A DNA stretch of 63,459 bases, counting the filler, from Asterionella formosa (lineage: Eukaryota), in NCBI GenBank assembly GCA_002256025.1. It is 6 parts of 6 records of this genome, joined end to end, with 100 filler letters (N's around TTAATTAATTAA, not from the genome) between each part and the next. Parts side by side here need not be neighbours in the genome. Positions count along the whole stretch, not along the records: positions 42,385 to 52,873 come from NKIB01009457.1; positions 52,974 to 63,459 come from NKIB01009463.1; 4 more parts are not named here. The stretch is one strand, 5' to 3'. Shown in pieces: positions 49,518 to 61,468 of this stretch. The notes beneath the pieces are model-generated. The model saw only the letters and a program-made list of their open reading frames with translations. It had not been told where the DNA came from and ran no database searches. Numbering within the stretch: position 1 is the stretch's first letter; each line of letters begins with the position of its first letter. The translations under genes were made by a program, and so were the position numbers.

Positions 49518-49931
49518 GCTGAATTTTGCATTACTGCAGCTTTTTGTCGGATGAAATTCGTTCTGTACTACCAGTACCGTTTCCAAGTGTATCTTTGTGA
49601 GCCATATATGTACGTTCATATGCATCTGCAAGTCGAAATCACTTGCTGGGATCATTCTATATTATTTAATTAATTTTAATTAAGCAAGCCCTGTTCTCTA
49701 CCATAAATAATTGTCGTGTACATAATATGATATGTAGCGACTACTGCACAGTTTCGTATGTATATCTACTGGTATACGTCCTAATATGATTTTAGTACTG
49801 GTACGACAGCCTCAAGGTAGAATTATTCCGGGGTACATCATGAATGTACCGGGTAGGGAGTATTATTACCGTAAACATACACATTTTTTAAAACGATAAC
49901 AAAAACCCCTCAAGACGAGACTCGTCCACAA

Positions 49932-51251
49932 ATGATCAGATCTATACCTGTCATGAAATTCATTGTTCGAGGTTGTATTTTGAGCTTTCTCCATCTTCCC
50001 ACAGGAGAAGCCTTCTCAGTCGACCGGTTTCATGAAAACTCGGGACTATCGAGATTGACGTCCTTGCGGTTGCACTCCTCTACGGCTCTGGTGCCAGAAG
50101 AAAATCCAACCGCCGATCCAAATCGACTGTCGCTCTCTGGTGTCAAATACCTCAAAGTCCTCGAGGGTCTGCACGCGCTATACCCGCCCAAAGATTTGGG
50201 TCGACGCAATGCTGCTAGTCGAACAGATGGGTATTGGCCTTTTATAAATAAGGGAGAGGATCCTCCCGCACAATTCACATATGGAGAGTTCGATTTCTAT
50301 TTTTTTGCTGAGCTTCTGGACAAAGCACATGAATACTATTTCCAAGGAAGGGAGGACAGCGACAAGCCTAATTCATGGGATGACAAGGTATTTGTCGATA
50401 TTGGGAGTGGAACTGGTAGGTTGGTTCTAGCAGCTGCCGCTCTGCATCCTGGTTGGAAACGTTGTAGAGGCATTGAAGTTTTGAAAGGCATTCACGCTGT
50501 TGCTGAAGATACTTTAAAACAATGCAGACCCCATGCACCGATCGAAGCAGAAGAGGACGAAGAAATATGGGTGCCAGTGAATGGAGTCTTTCGACCATCC
50601 GTCGCTGTGCTCCAGGGAAACACCTCTGCTAAAGATTACAACGAGAAAGTGAGCGCGAACGGCTTCGACAATTTAGAGCACTACCTTCCCAATCCAACCG
50701 CAGAATCGCTCGAGGATCGCCTCAAACTTGCTCCAGTGCATCTGTCATGTGGTTCGTTCGAAGACCCGTATCAATACTTCGGAGATGCTGATATCGTCTT
50801 CGTATTTTCAAGTTGCATGTCAGAAGGTATGATGCAAGGCCTCAGCAAGTCGTTTGGTCGACAATGCAAACCAGGAACTATCATTATTACAACAGAATTC
50901 CAATTACCCCTTGAAGGAACGATTGAACCGACTGAAGATGATCCACAGCTTCGATCAGGAAGCTACAAGCTAGAGCTAGTCGAATCAATAGACGGCTACT
51001 GTTGGTTGACAGGTGGAGAATCGACTGCTATCATCCATCGTATGGTAGAGTCACTGTGGGAAGAAGGGGAGGACGAAAGAACACCACCAGAGGTAACATT
51101 GGAGGATCAAGCCTATCGTGCCATCAAATTCGCAGAGGCTCAAAATTCGGCAATGTTTGTGAGGACGATCTACAACGACATGGTTTTCAATGACTTCCCT
51201 GATCACTGGCTACCAAAACTACAAAATAAAGACGACATAAATGAAAAATGA
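49932..51251 (+). CDS. DOT1-like class I SAM-dependent methyltransferase, probably plastid-targeted
   Basis: TYGEFD, FVDIGSGTGRLVLAAA, CRGIEVL and ADIVFVFSSC. The N-terminus MKFIVRGCILSFLHLPTGEA-F resembles a diatom bipartite signal (ASAFAP type). Confidence 0.8.
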   Translation: MIRSIPVMKFIVRGCILSFLHLPTGEAFSVDRFHENSGLSRLTSLRLHSSTALVPEENPTADPNRLSLSGVKYLKVLEGLHALYPPKDLGRRNAASRTDGYWPFINKGEDPPAQFTYGEFDFYFFAELLDKAHEYYFQGREDSDKPNSWDDKVFVDIGSGTGRLVLAAAALHPGWKRCRGIEVLKGIHAVAEDTLKQCRPHAPIEAEEDEEIWVPVNGVFRPSVAVLQGNTSAKDYNEKVSANGFDNLEHYLPNPTAESLEDRLKLAPVHLSCGSFEDPYQYFGDADIVFVFSSCMSEGMMQGLSKSFGRQCKPGTIIITTEFQLPLEGTIEPTEDDPQLRSGSYKLELVESIDGYCWLTGGESTAIIHRMVESLWEEGEDERTPPEVTLEDQAYRAIKFAEAQNSAMFVRTIYNDMVFNDFPDHWLPKLQNKDDINEK

Positions 51252-51308
51252 AATCTAACATACATTTTTGGTTCAATGAAAGACAATACAAGGAATCCAC
51301 TTGCATTT

Positions 51309-52582
51309 CTACTGAATCGAAGCAACTTTTCGAGACTTATAGATGACAGCGACGATAGACATCAAACTTGTAGACCAGAGCAATACCAACAAGGGTGCAA
51401 ATTCGAGACGACCGTGTCCTGGGAGCTGATAATAGGGATGATTTCCCCTAGACTGTCCAATACAGCAGCTCCATTGGTGCTGTCGACGCAAACAGGACTT
51501 GTATCGGGATTGACACAAGGCACCCATTCTACATCAATGAAGGTAACATACACTTGGGAGCGACCATAATACACGTATGGCATGATGAAGTAGAAGAGCT
51601 TGAATTGCCAGAACATATCTTCCAGAGGGATCAAGAAACCTCCGAACAAGAAAGAAGCAACCGCAGGTTCATGCCCAAGATCGGGTCATCCAAAGCTACA
51701 GCTAATAGTTCAGCGGTGCATTCAAATAGGTAGATGAGGGCGGAGAAAAAAATGATTGACCAATAAAATGATTTAATTAGGAAAATTTGAATTGCAACAC
51801 CGGGAACTCCCAATGAAAAGATGTCAAAGATTGACATGATAGCAATAACACGCACTGTTTTCGCGAGTAAGGAGGAAATGGCAGACACCATACAATTCTT
51901 CGTTTCTCCTGTAATGGACTTGAATTCGTCGTTGAGACCATGTACAGCCACAACTCCCATGTCCGATGGTACACCCACATACCAAATGATCGACCACATC
52001 TTGTTTGTTGCTTGGTCTTGAGTGAACGCACTAGCATTCCAATAAACAAATCCAACGAAGGTGTTCGCAAAGAAAAAGATGAAATATCGTCCGAAGCACA
52101 AGACGGGGTCACGAAGAATCAACAAGAAATGACGAGGAAACATGATGGATATTTCGTGCAAGAATGATATCTTCAAAGGATCAACAATGCCTTCTTGGGA
52201 GTCGTCACGGATCGAATCACTCAATTTTCCATGTGAGGAATCCACTCCCTCTGGTCTGTTCTCTTTCCATAGGTCGAGAATTCGGTCCACTTTTGAATTG
52301 GACGAGAAATCAGCGTTGACCAAATCCAAGAAGTCTTCGGCAGGTTTATTAGCAGGAGGAATGGGATGACCAATACCGCTGAAACAAGCGGAAGCATCTT
52401 CCATGTCTCCAGAAAATGCCTCGCGGCCTTTGCAGAGGAGCATAACTTGATCAAAGCCTTCGGAAACCTTGGAGGAAGGCTGGTGGATCGTTCCAACGAT
52501 GATGATTCGTTATTCCTTAGCGACCCGGATTATTTCTTGCATGATGTTTGAGGCTGCCGCGGCATCTAGTCCGCTTGTTGGT
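51309..52582 (-). pseudogene. ABCG (White-type) half-transporter pseudogene, 3' portion
   Basis: PTSGLDAAAA..TIHQPS after a splice acceptor, in-frame TAA at 52510-52512, KPAEDFLDLVNADF and ABC2 membrane helices. Further frameshifts near 51650 and 51400. Confidence 0.85.
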
Positions 52583-52873
52583 CTAAACAAAATTCAATTG
52601 GAAAACCAAACGTGAGCATTAGAAAAATGTAAAGAATTCTCCTTGTCACAGATCAGATATATTCGCCGAGGTCAATTCATCCTTTACCACACACAAATCC
52701 CCCGAAGTACGATGTTATCAAACGGAAGTCGAAAGGTCCCTGATGTTGTTGGAGAAAATATTTTAGGAAAGAAAATCCCGGTATAAATTACCTACTACAT
52801 ATTGAATCGAATGAATCAAGAAAGAATATGGTACCAGAGAATTCGAAAACAATCTACGCCAACAGTAAAAACC

Positions 52874-52973
52874 NNNNNNNNNNNNNNNNNNNNNNNNNNN
52901 NNNNNNNNNNNNNNNNNTTAATTAATTAANNNNNNNNNNNNNNNNNNNNNNNNNNNNNNNNNNNNNNNNNNNN
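52874..52973. other. Artificial contig linker
   Basis: N44-TTAATTAATTAA-N44. Confidence 0.99.
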
Positions 52974-53902
52974 TTATTTGTTAATCCTTGTGTGTAACTC
53001 GTTCTCCAAGTCGACACCAAAGTATACAATGAGGGTTAGTCGAGTTCTCTCATTATTGAGTTCTGATACATATATGATATAACACTAACCCTATATACAT
53101 CTGTATTGATGCGCAAGATCGCTCACCTGTTACCAGGTACCAGGTACCAGGGTTTACTAGGGGAGTTGGCACTGGCACATTTGTCCATATTAAAAAAAAC
53201 AGGAAACCGGTACTAGTTGATCGAGTCGGGAATTGAAAACGGCCCCAGGCTGGTGTAGAATATCAATAAATTCCTACCTGGTACTGCGCTACTGACACTG
53301 TACGTCCACAAAGCACACCCCGATAGTTGAAGTGGAAAGTATACACTTGAGTGTATACTTTTGTACGGCTACCTTAAGAGAATCGTGGAACCTGGTACGT
53401 GAGAGGAATTGGGTAGAGTCTAAAAGTATCAAAAAGTGTAGACTAACCACCAGATAACTGCCGTTTAGTTTATACTATTTGCGGGTATGTACCGGTAGTT
53501 CAAACACGACCAGGACAAAGAAAAATCATGAGGCAAATAGAAGCATGTAAAATTCGGAGGAGGTCTCCAAGACCAAGTGAAACGGTACCGGTACCTGGTA
53601 CCAGGTATTGGGCAAGACGAAAAAGAATTTCAGCCAATCCCCAGCTGTGCAGCACGGGCACGATCGAAACACAACACGAAAACCACCATGGAACTCTTTG
53701 CAATTGAGAATGTTTTCATCCAGACATTCTTCTTCGCAAAAAGAATCTGTTTGGAGTTTGGACGACTGTGCGAGACAGCTGCCCTTTATGCGATCGTCTG
53801 AATACCAAAGGGCCTACTTCTCCAGTGACTTCTTTGCCAGCAACCCAAATTCAAACCACTTCAAGTTCGTCTCCGATTGTTGCAACTCTTTCAAAGACGC
53901 AA

Positions 53903-56900
53903 ATGAATGAACGGAATGTCATGAAGACAGAAACAGAATGGAAAAGAAATGTCAAACGGTTGAAAGCGAATGATCCAAGTTTGACTACACTTAAACTCGT
54001 AGATTATTCAATTGGTGATGACGGAGCCAAGGCCATTGCAAAGGCTCTCAAGGTCAATACTGTCTTGACTGAACTTGATCTCGATGATAATTCAATTGGT
54101 GCTTACGGAGCCAAGGCCATTGCAGAGGCTCTCAAGGTCAATACTGTCTTGACTATACTTTATCTCGGAAGTAATTCAATTGGTGTTGACGGAGCCAAGG
54201 CCATTGCAGAGGCTCTCAAGGTCAATACTGTCTTGACTGAACTTGATCTCGATGATAATTCAATTGTTGTTGACGGAGCCAAGGCCATTGCAGAGGCTCT
54301 CAAGGTGAATACTGTCTTGACTAACCTTTCTCTCAGTAATAATTCAATTGGTGTTGATGGAGCCAAGGCCATTGCAGAGGCTCTCAAGGTCAATACTGTC
54401 TTGACTACACTTGGTCTCTCTAATAATTCAATTGGTGATATCTTACTTAATAAAATTCAAAGAACAGTTGAGATAAGCAAGGACTTTCTCAAACCGGAGA
54501 ACATTGATGATATTGTTTTTAAATATTACAGGGATCTAGCAGCAGCCCTGATCTGGGGGAAAACAGCCCTGACCAGGGTGGATGATATTGAAGCCCAGAT
54601 GAAAGCTTGTCCTGAAGCTGCAAAGGTGCAAGATCGCCATGGAAACACTCTGTTGCACCATGGAATAGAATTAGGGGCCGATGTGGTGGTTATCAAGGTC
54701 CTTCTGGATGCCTGTCCTGATGTCATGATGATGAAAGACAACAAGGGCAACACTCCACTGCACCTTGGCATGAAAGTCCGGGCTCCAGTGGAATGTATAA
54801 ATGCCCTTTTGGAAGCTTGCCCTCAAGCGGTGACAATAAAGGCCAACAATGGTGAGACTCCTCTTGACTGTGGTCTAGGAGGGGAAAAGCGAGTATCACT
54901 TGAATCCATCCAAGCTTTTGTGGACAAATGTCCTGATGCCAAGAAAATGCCCTTTATACCACTTCATTTAGCAATTTTTCGAGGTGGAAAAGCTCCAGAG
55001 ATCGAGCAGATCATAACAAAATACCCAAATTCAGTTGCAAACTATGGCACTCCAAACCTGCAGTCACCTCTTCTTCTCGCTTTGCAACAAGGAGATTATT
55101 CTGATTTTGAGGTCGTCTGTATTTTGATTGAGAAACACCCAGATGCGACTAACTCTCTTGACAATGAAACGGGTTATAATCCATTTACATATTGTGTTTC
55201 CAGGCTCCTTCAATCCATAAAGAAATATGCAACCCTTGATCTTGGAGATGACCAGTCGTCTTTCCAACAGTACAAGTTAAAAGAGAAACTGTGGAGTCTT
55301 ATTAAAATTTGGTATAAGACTTTGCGGCTTTTGTGTGCATCCCTCAATGATGTTGGGGACCTCAAGCAATTGTGCATGCTAGACACACCCCGAGCAAAGA
55401 AAGTTTCAGATGGGCTGGGCTTTTTCTTTGGGGTGCTCGCCACCAATGAATTCAATCCATTCAATCGAAACAGGACTCTCCCATGCCTCGATTTGAATCA
55501 CAAACCAATAACTAACTGGACTGTTTTGGAAATCTTGGTGGATCTTGGAACAGATGATGCGGCCAATATATTCTTCCAGATAGAGGAACAGCTGAGAGGG
55601 TCCGAAGAACAGGATCAGCTGGAAATCTCCATTAATAATCATATCGCAAAGAAAGTAGCGTCATTTCAGTCCATTGCTCAAGTTAAAAAAGAGACATGGC
55701 AAAAGGTTGCTGATAGGGCAAAGTTGTCCAAGCTTGACAAGCTCAAAGAGTGGGGTGATAAATATGGAAGGTTTCTTGGAAAATATCTAATACAGGAGGA
55801 GAAGCATTTGTCAGATACCTGTGTGGTTTATTTTGGAACTGAATTTAATTTTAAATCTGAAAACACAAAAGAAACCAATGTAGCTCTCAAGTTCTTTACA
55901 GACAGTTCCGCCTTCCTGCGTGAATTGGATAAGCGGTACAAGATCAGGAGCAAAGTTTCTGCAACCCAATTTGTAATTAATGTGAGAGCTGCATATTCAG
56001 ACAGCAAGAAAGGGCTGGATGCATCTGATTATCCACATGTTGAGTTTGATAGTAACCAGACAATCGAATGGAAAAGAGGAGACCTGAAAATCGAATGGGA
56101 AAAAGGTTACATTGAATTCAATCATCTCCTAGTCATGGATTGTGGGAATAAGATGACCTCAGTGATGTTATATCACGTCAAAACATTGCAAGCAAGGACG
56201 TGCATGCAGTGCGTTCCATTGCAATCCAAATTGCCAAGTGCCTAAAGTTTCTTAATGAAACGTGTGAAGTCATTCATGGAGATGTGAAGGCTCGAAATTT
56301 TGTGTCTCGTGGTGAGGGTGTTGGATATGCTGCAATCGATCTTGACAATGCGGCATTAATTGGCTTGGAAGATGCTGTTCAGAAGCGAACAAGCTCTGGA
56401 TACTTGCCTCCCGAACAGGCTGCTGTTGAGTACCATTTGCGGATAGGGCAGGTTGCTACAAAAAGAGTTAAAGCCAGTCCCCAATATGACATGTGGTGCT
56501 TCGGAGTCCTTCTTTATTATCTCTGCACTGGTGAACAACTTTTTCATATGAATATTCGTGAAGAAGTATCATCGCCGGACGAGCTACGCAAAATAGTAAA
56601 TTGGAGTGATGAAGATTGCGTTAAAAAGCTCAATTCCTATGTGCGGGACAACAATGACTGGAATCCCATGAAACCTCTGCTAAAAAAATTGCTCAAGAGA
56701 GATCCAGAAGAGCGCCATCGTTGTTGGGCGGATATCATTAGTAAACTTCAGGACGTTGGCAATCCTGACATTCACCATCTAATTGAGGCAAATATTCAAA
56801 AAATGCAAGTTCAGCCTATTGAGGCTAGCACTCTAGAGACAAGTCTCATGGTCCTTCAAAACTTGGCTGAGATTGACAACCAGGATGAGATTGCTGGAAG

Positions 56901-58444
56901 AGGAGGTATCTTTGTTATTCTGCCTGCAATGAAGACTCATTTAACCAATGCTAATGTGCAATACCATGGTTGTGCATTACTTTTTAACTTGGCTGTTAAT
57001 AATGAAAACATCAAAATGATGATTGCTGCAGCAGGAGGTATCACTACAATTCTTGATGCTATGATGAGTCATTTAGACAGAGCTGATGTGCAACACTATG
57101 GTAGTGCAGCACTTTGGAACTTGGCTGTGAATAATGACAAAAACAGGGTGGCAATTGCTGATGCAGGAGGTATCGCAACAATTCTTTCTGCTATGAAGAC
57201 TCATCTGAGTAATGCTGATGTGCAACAAAATGGTTGTGCAACACTTTGGAACTTGGCTGTGAATTATGACAAAAACAGGGTGGCAATTGCCGAAGCAGAA
57301 GGTATCACTACAATTCTTTCTGCTATGACAACTCATCCCTCCAGGGCGGATGTGCAAAACTATGGTTGTGCAGCACTTTGGAAGTTGGCTGAGAATGACA
57401 ACAACCAGGTGGTGATTCATGACGAAGGAGGCACTAAACTGATTCTGTCTCGGATGAAACATCATCCATATAATGCCAATATACAACACTATGGTTGTGC
57501 AGCACTTCAGAACTTGGCTATGAATGAGAAGAGCAAGACTACAATTGCTGAAGCAGGAGGTATCACTACAATTCTGTCTGCAATGAAGACTCATTCCTCC
57601 ATTGATGATGTGCAAGAGTATGGTTGTGGCGCACTTAGCAACTTGGCTGTTAATCATGACAAGAACAGGGCGACGATTGCTCAAAAAGGAGGTATAAGTA
57701 TGATTCTTTCTGCAATGAAGACTCATTCATCCAATTTTCATGTGCAAGAAGCTTGTTGTGGAACAATCTTTGTCTTGTCTTACAATAATGACAAAAACAG
57801 GGTGATGAATACTGATGCAGAATGTATTGCAATGATTCTGATTGCGATGAAGACTCATTTATCTAAAGCTTAAGTGCAAGAAACTGGTTGTAGAGCACTT
57901 TTTGTCTTGTCTTACAATAATGACAACAACAACAACAACAAGGTGACAATTGCTAAAGCAGAAGGTATCACTACAATTCTGTCTGCAATGAAAACTCATT
58001 CATTCAATTCTAAAGTTCAATACCTTTGTATTGCAGCACTTTCAAACTTGGCTGATAATAATGAAAACAACAAGGTGATGATTGCTGCAGCAGGAGGTAT
58101 CAGTACAATTGTGTTTGTGATGAATAATCATTCCTCGAATGCTTATGTTCAACACTATGGTTGTGCAGCACTTTCAAACTTGGCTGATAATAATGAAAAC
58201 AACAAGGTGATGATTGCTGCAGCTGTTTGTGATGAATAATCATTCCTCTAATGCTTATGTTCAACAATATGGTTGTGCAGCACTTCAGAATTTGGCTTGT
58301 AAGAATGACAATAACTTGGCAAGAATTTCCAATGCTGGTGGAAAAGTTGCAGTTGAGTCTGCTATTCAAAATCATCCTTCTAATGCTGATGTGCAGAAAA
58401 AAGGTCATAGTGCACTTCTCACATTGACCCAACATGAGAAATAG
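53903..58444 (+). pseudogene. LRR (RI/NLRC3-type) - ankyrin - protein kinase - armadillo repeat fusion gene, disrupted
   Basis: About six 84-bp LRR units; ankyrins (GNTLLH, GNTPLH, GETPL); kinase VALKF, HGDVKARN, IDLD, GYLPPE, DMWCFG; about twelve 126-129 bp ARM units. Lesions are a 1-nt frameshift near 56150, TAA at 57871 and a small deletion near 58222. Confidence 0.85.
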
Positions 58445-58647
58445 TCAATATGGTTTTGTTTATGAGGATCAATTAATATTTTTTTGTATCTATTAAAAAA
58501 AGTCAATTAAATTTTATAGTACATTAAAGCTATCCAATAACATATTGTATCAGTGTAGAAAAGAAGAAGAGTCAAAGTCAGATCATTTTTTCTAAATGTC
58601 TGACATCTTTCTCCATACGATCTTCTTTATCAATCATCACATCATTG

Positions 58648-59460
58648 TTGGAAGTTGGCTGAGAATGACAACAACCAGGTGGTGATTCATGATGAAGGAG
58701 GCACTAAACTGATTCTGTCTCGGATGAAACATCATCCATATAATGCCAATATACAACACTATGGTTGTGCAGCACTTCAGAACTTGGCTATGAATGAGAA
58801 GAGCAAGACTACAATTGCTGAAGCAGGAGGTATCACTACAATTCTGTCTGCAATGAAGACTCATTCCTCCATTGATGATGTGCAAGAGTATGGTTGTGGC
58901 GCACTTAGCAACTTGGCTGTTAATCATGACAAGAACAGGGCGACGATTGCTCAAAAAGGAGGTATAACTATGATTCTTTCTGCAATGAAGACTCATTCAT
59001 TCAATTTTCATGTGCAAGATGCTTGTTGTGGAACCATCTTTGTCTTGTCTTACAATAATGACAAAAACAGGGTGATGAATACTGATGCAGAATGTATTGC
59101 AATGATTCTGATTGCGATGAAGACTCATTTATCTAAAGCTTAAGTGCAAGAAACTGGTTGTAGAGCACTTTTTGTCTTGTCTTACAATAATGACAACAAC
59201 AACAACAACAAGGTGACAATTGCTAAAGCAGAAGGTATCACTACAATTCTGTCTGCAATGAAAACTCATTCATTCAATTCTAAAGTTCAATACCTTTGTA
59301 TTGCAGCACTTTCAAACTTGGCTGATAATAATGAAAACAACAAGGTGATGATTGCTGCAGCAGGAGGTATCAGTACAATTGTGTTTGTGATGAATCATCA
59401 TTCCTCTAATGCTTATGATCAACATTATGGCTTTTCAGCACTTTGGATCTTGGCTGAGAA
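58648..59460 (+). repeat. Near-identical tandem duplicate of the ARM block 57378-58190
   Basis: Constant 1270-bp offset. It carries the same TAA (59141 corresponds to 57871). Confidence 0.92.
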
Positions 59461-60238
59461 TAAGGACAAAAAAAGGAGGAGTGATAGCATTCTGCTGAAT
59501 CACTTGCATCATTTCAATAATTGCCTCAATGGGATTTCTTCTATATTGTGCTGATGGCAATAAAGGATGTTGCTGAGAAATCATTGGACCAGGAGGTGCG
59601 ATAAAGGCAATACTATTATTCTGTTCTTAACAGTTCACTTGTTGAGTAAGTTCTATAGATTAGAAGGCAATTACTCTATCTAAATATATTGACAGAGTTA
59701 ACAAACTGTTAGGGTTAGGGTTTTACAAGGTTATCTGAACCTGTACTGAGTGGTACAATTTTAGAACTTCTTGAACATGGTACCCTGGTAACGAGGAGGA
59801 TGTCAAGAATATAGCATCAATGGCTATAATGAGTCACAAGGACTGTGGACTCGACTATATTCCAATGAGTCAAATGGTGTGTTCCAATGTCAAGAAGCTT
59901 GCTTACGAGATTGATGTCTTAGATCAATCAGAAGAAGGTTTACATCAACGAAAAGGGAACACGAAGAACAGGTTCTCGAAGTGTGATGAATGGGATTGAA
60001 ACTTAGTTTTAGTTTAAGCTTATAAGTAAGAAACAGTGAGAATTGACAGAGTAAGGTCAACAGCGAAAACTAGCACGAAGGCTAGCAGCAGAAAGAAGAT
60101 AACAATACTAGTGGTATATGACATCATGAAACCTATCCCTATCCCCAAATTTGAGCGGATTAGGGTTAGGGTTTCACAATATCTCCACAACCGGTTTTAT
60201 TACATCACTAAGCGTGCTCCACAAAACCCGAAAAGTAC

Positions 60239-60880
60239 GTGGAGATATTAAGAGGTTTACGGTATGTTGAGGATGCAGATGACCAGCTAGCAATTGCCCA
60301 CATACACAACAATCATTTAAACAAAGTGCGTACATTCAAGTCTATATTTGTCAAGGTGACTACAGCTACACTAGTATTAAACCTACCATCGGTGGTTTTT
60401 CAGTGCGAAATTTCGGAGCTTTCTACAAAGGTACTCTATGAACACGATCGACTGAATGTCCCAAGGTCACACCCGAGCTCCTTCAGTCCTGTGCACATAT
60501 GTACCCTTGCTATGAGCTACGTACGGCTGCAGAATGCCAATGAACAGCTCGAGTTATTTTTGAACGAGCTAGCTACCCCTCGTGCAGAAAAATTACGCAG
60601 CCTGATCAACATTGTGGTACATGCACGAGTTATGAAGAATGAAGAAAATCGGATGTATTCTAATGCTATTGCTGCTACTACAAGTTATCAAGATTCAACA
60701 AAGGAAAATGGTTCTACTAACACAGTTTATGCAATTGGAATAACGGATGCTGCTACCATCCCCACAGTACCAAAGAAAAACCGGAAAAGTGGGTCCAATT
60801 GTTTCTCATTCAATTCTTGTCCAAATGGCAACGTCTTTACTCGATTCAGTGAACCCAACTCATCTTCAAATATGACATGA
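60239..60880 (+). pseudogene. Possible RhoGAP-like remnant
   Basis: FLNEL..P..EKLRSLI...ARVMKNEENRMYSNAIA resembles the RhoGAP C-terminal NxM..NLA block. No ATG start and no clear arginine finger. Confidence 0.25.
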
Positions 60881-61468
60881 ACATCTTTTTCGTACCGACA
60901 CCAATTACATTTTTCAAACCATATCATCATGCCGCAACTGTTGCTGTGCCCACGGAATTGCAAAACCATACCAAAAAGTAATAAAAAATATTGCCACTCA
61001 ACCATGTCATTCAGGACGCACCCGCAAATGCGAATTATATATATATATATGACATGCATAACATTATAATAATGTGTAACATTTTTACATGGCCATCACT
61101 CTGGTAAGTACAACACAGTGCACTTCTACATATTGATATCAAGAGACAAACAACAGGTACTAACACATTCATTCTCATAACAGTTTCCATCTATAGGATT
61201 AGTCATACTGCATGATTTGCCCTAACCCTTACAGCTTGCATTGTAGCAATACTACAGATCCATGCCAAAGATGAATCTCCTTCAGGCAAAAAGTAACATA
61301 AGTCTCATCATTTTTTTCAACTTAAGTAGTCACCTCATGATTTCTGGATATTAGTCATTGTAGCCCTCATTCTCACCTAAACCTAAACATATGGATGACA
61401 CTAGAGGCGTCTTCCCTTTTCCCTAACCCTAACAGGCGTCTTCCCTTTTCTCTAACCCTAACCGATTT

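Noticed and set aside
53981..54440. Diversity-generating retroelement acting on the LRR units
   Set aside because: The variable codons are compatible with an A-rich template, but synonymous adenines in the framework (GGA, GCA, TCA) are invariant. No template repeat or DGR-type RT is present.
57871..57873. Stop-codon reassignment or programmed readthrough in the ARM gene
   Set aside because: TAA terminates intact genes in this window (PDI, the membrane protein) and the same gene has independent frameshifts. Pseudogenisation is simpler.
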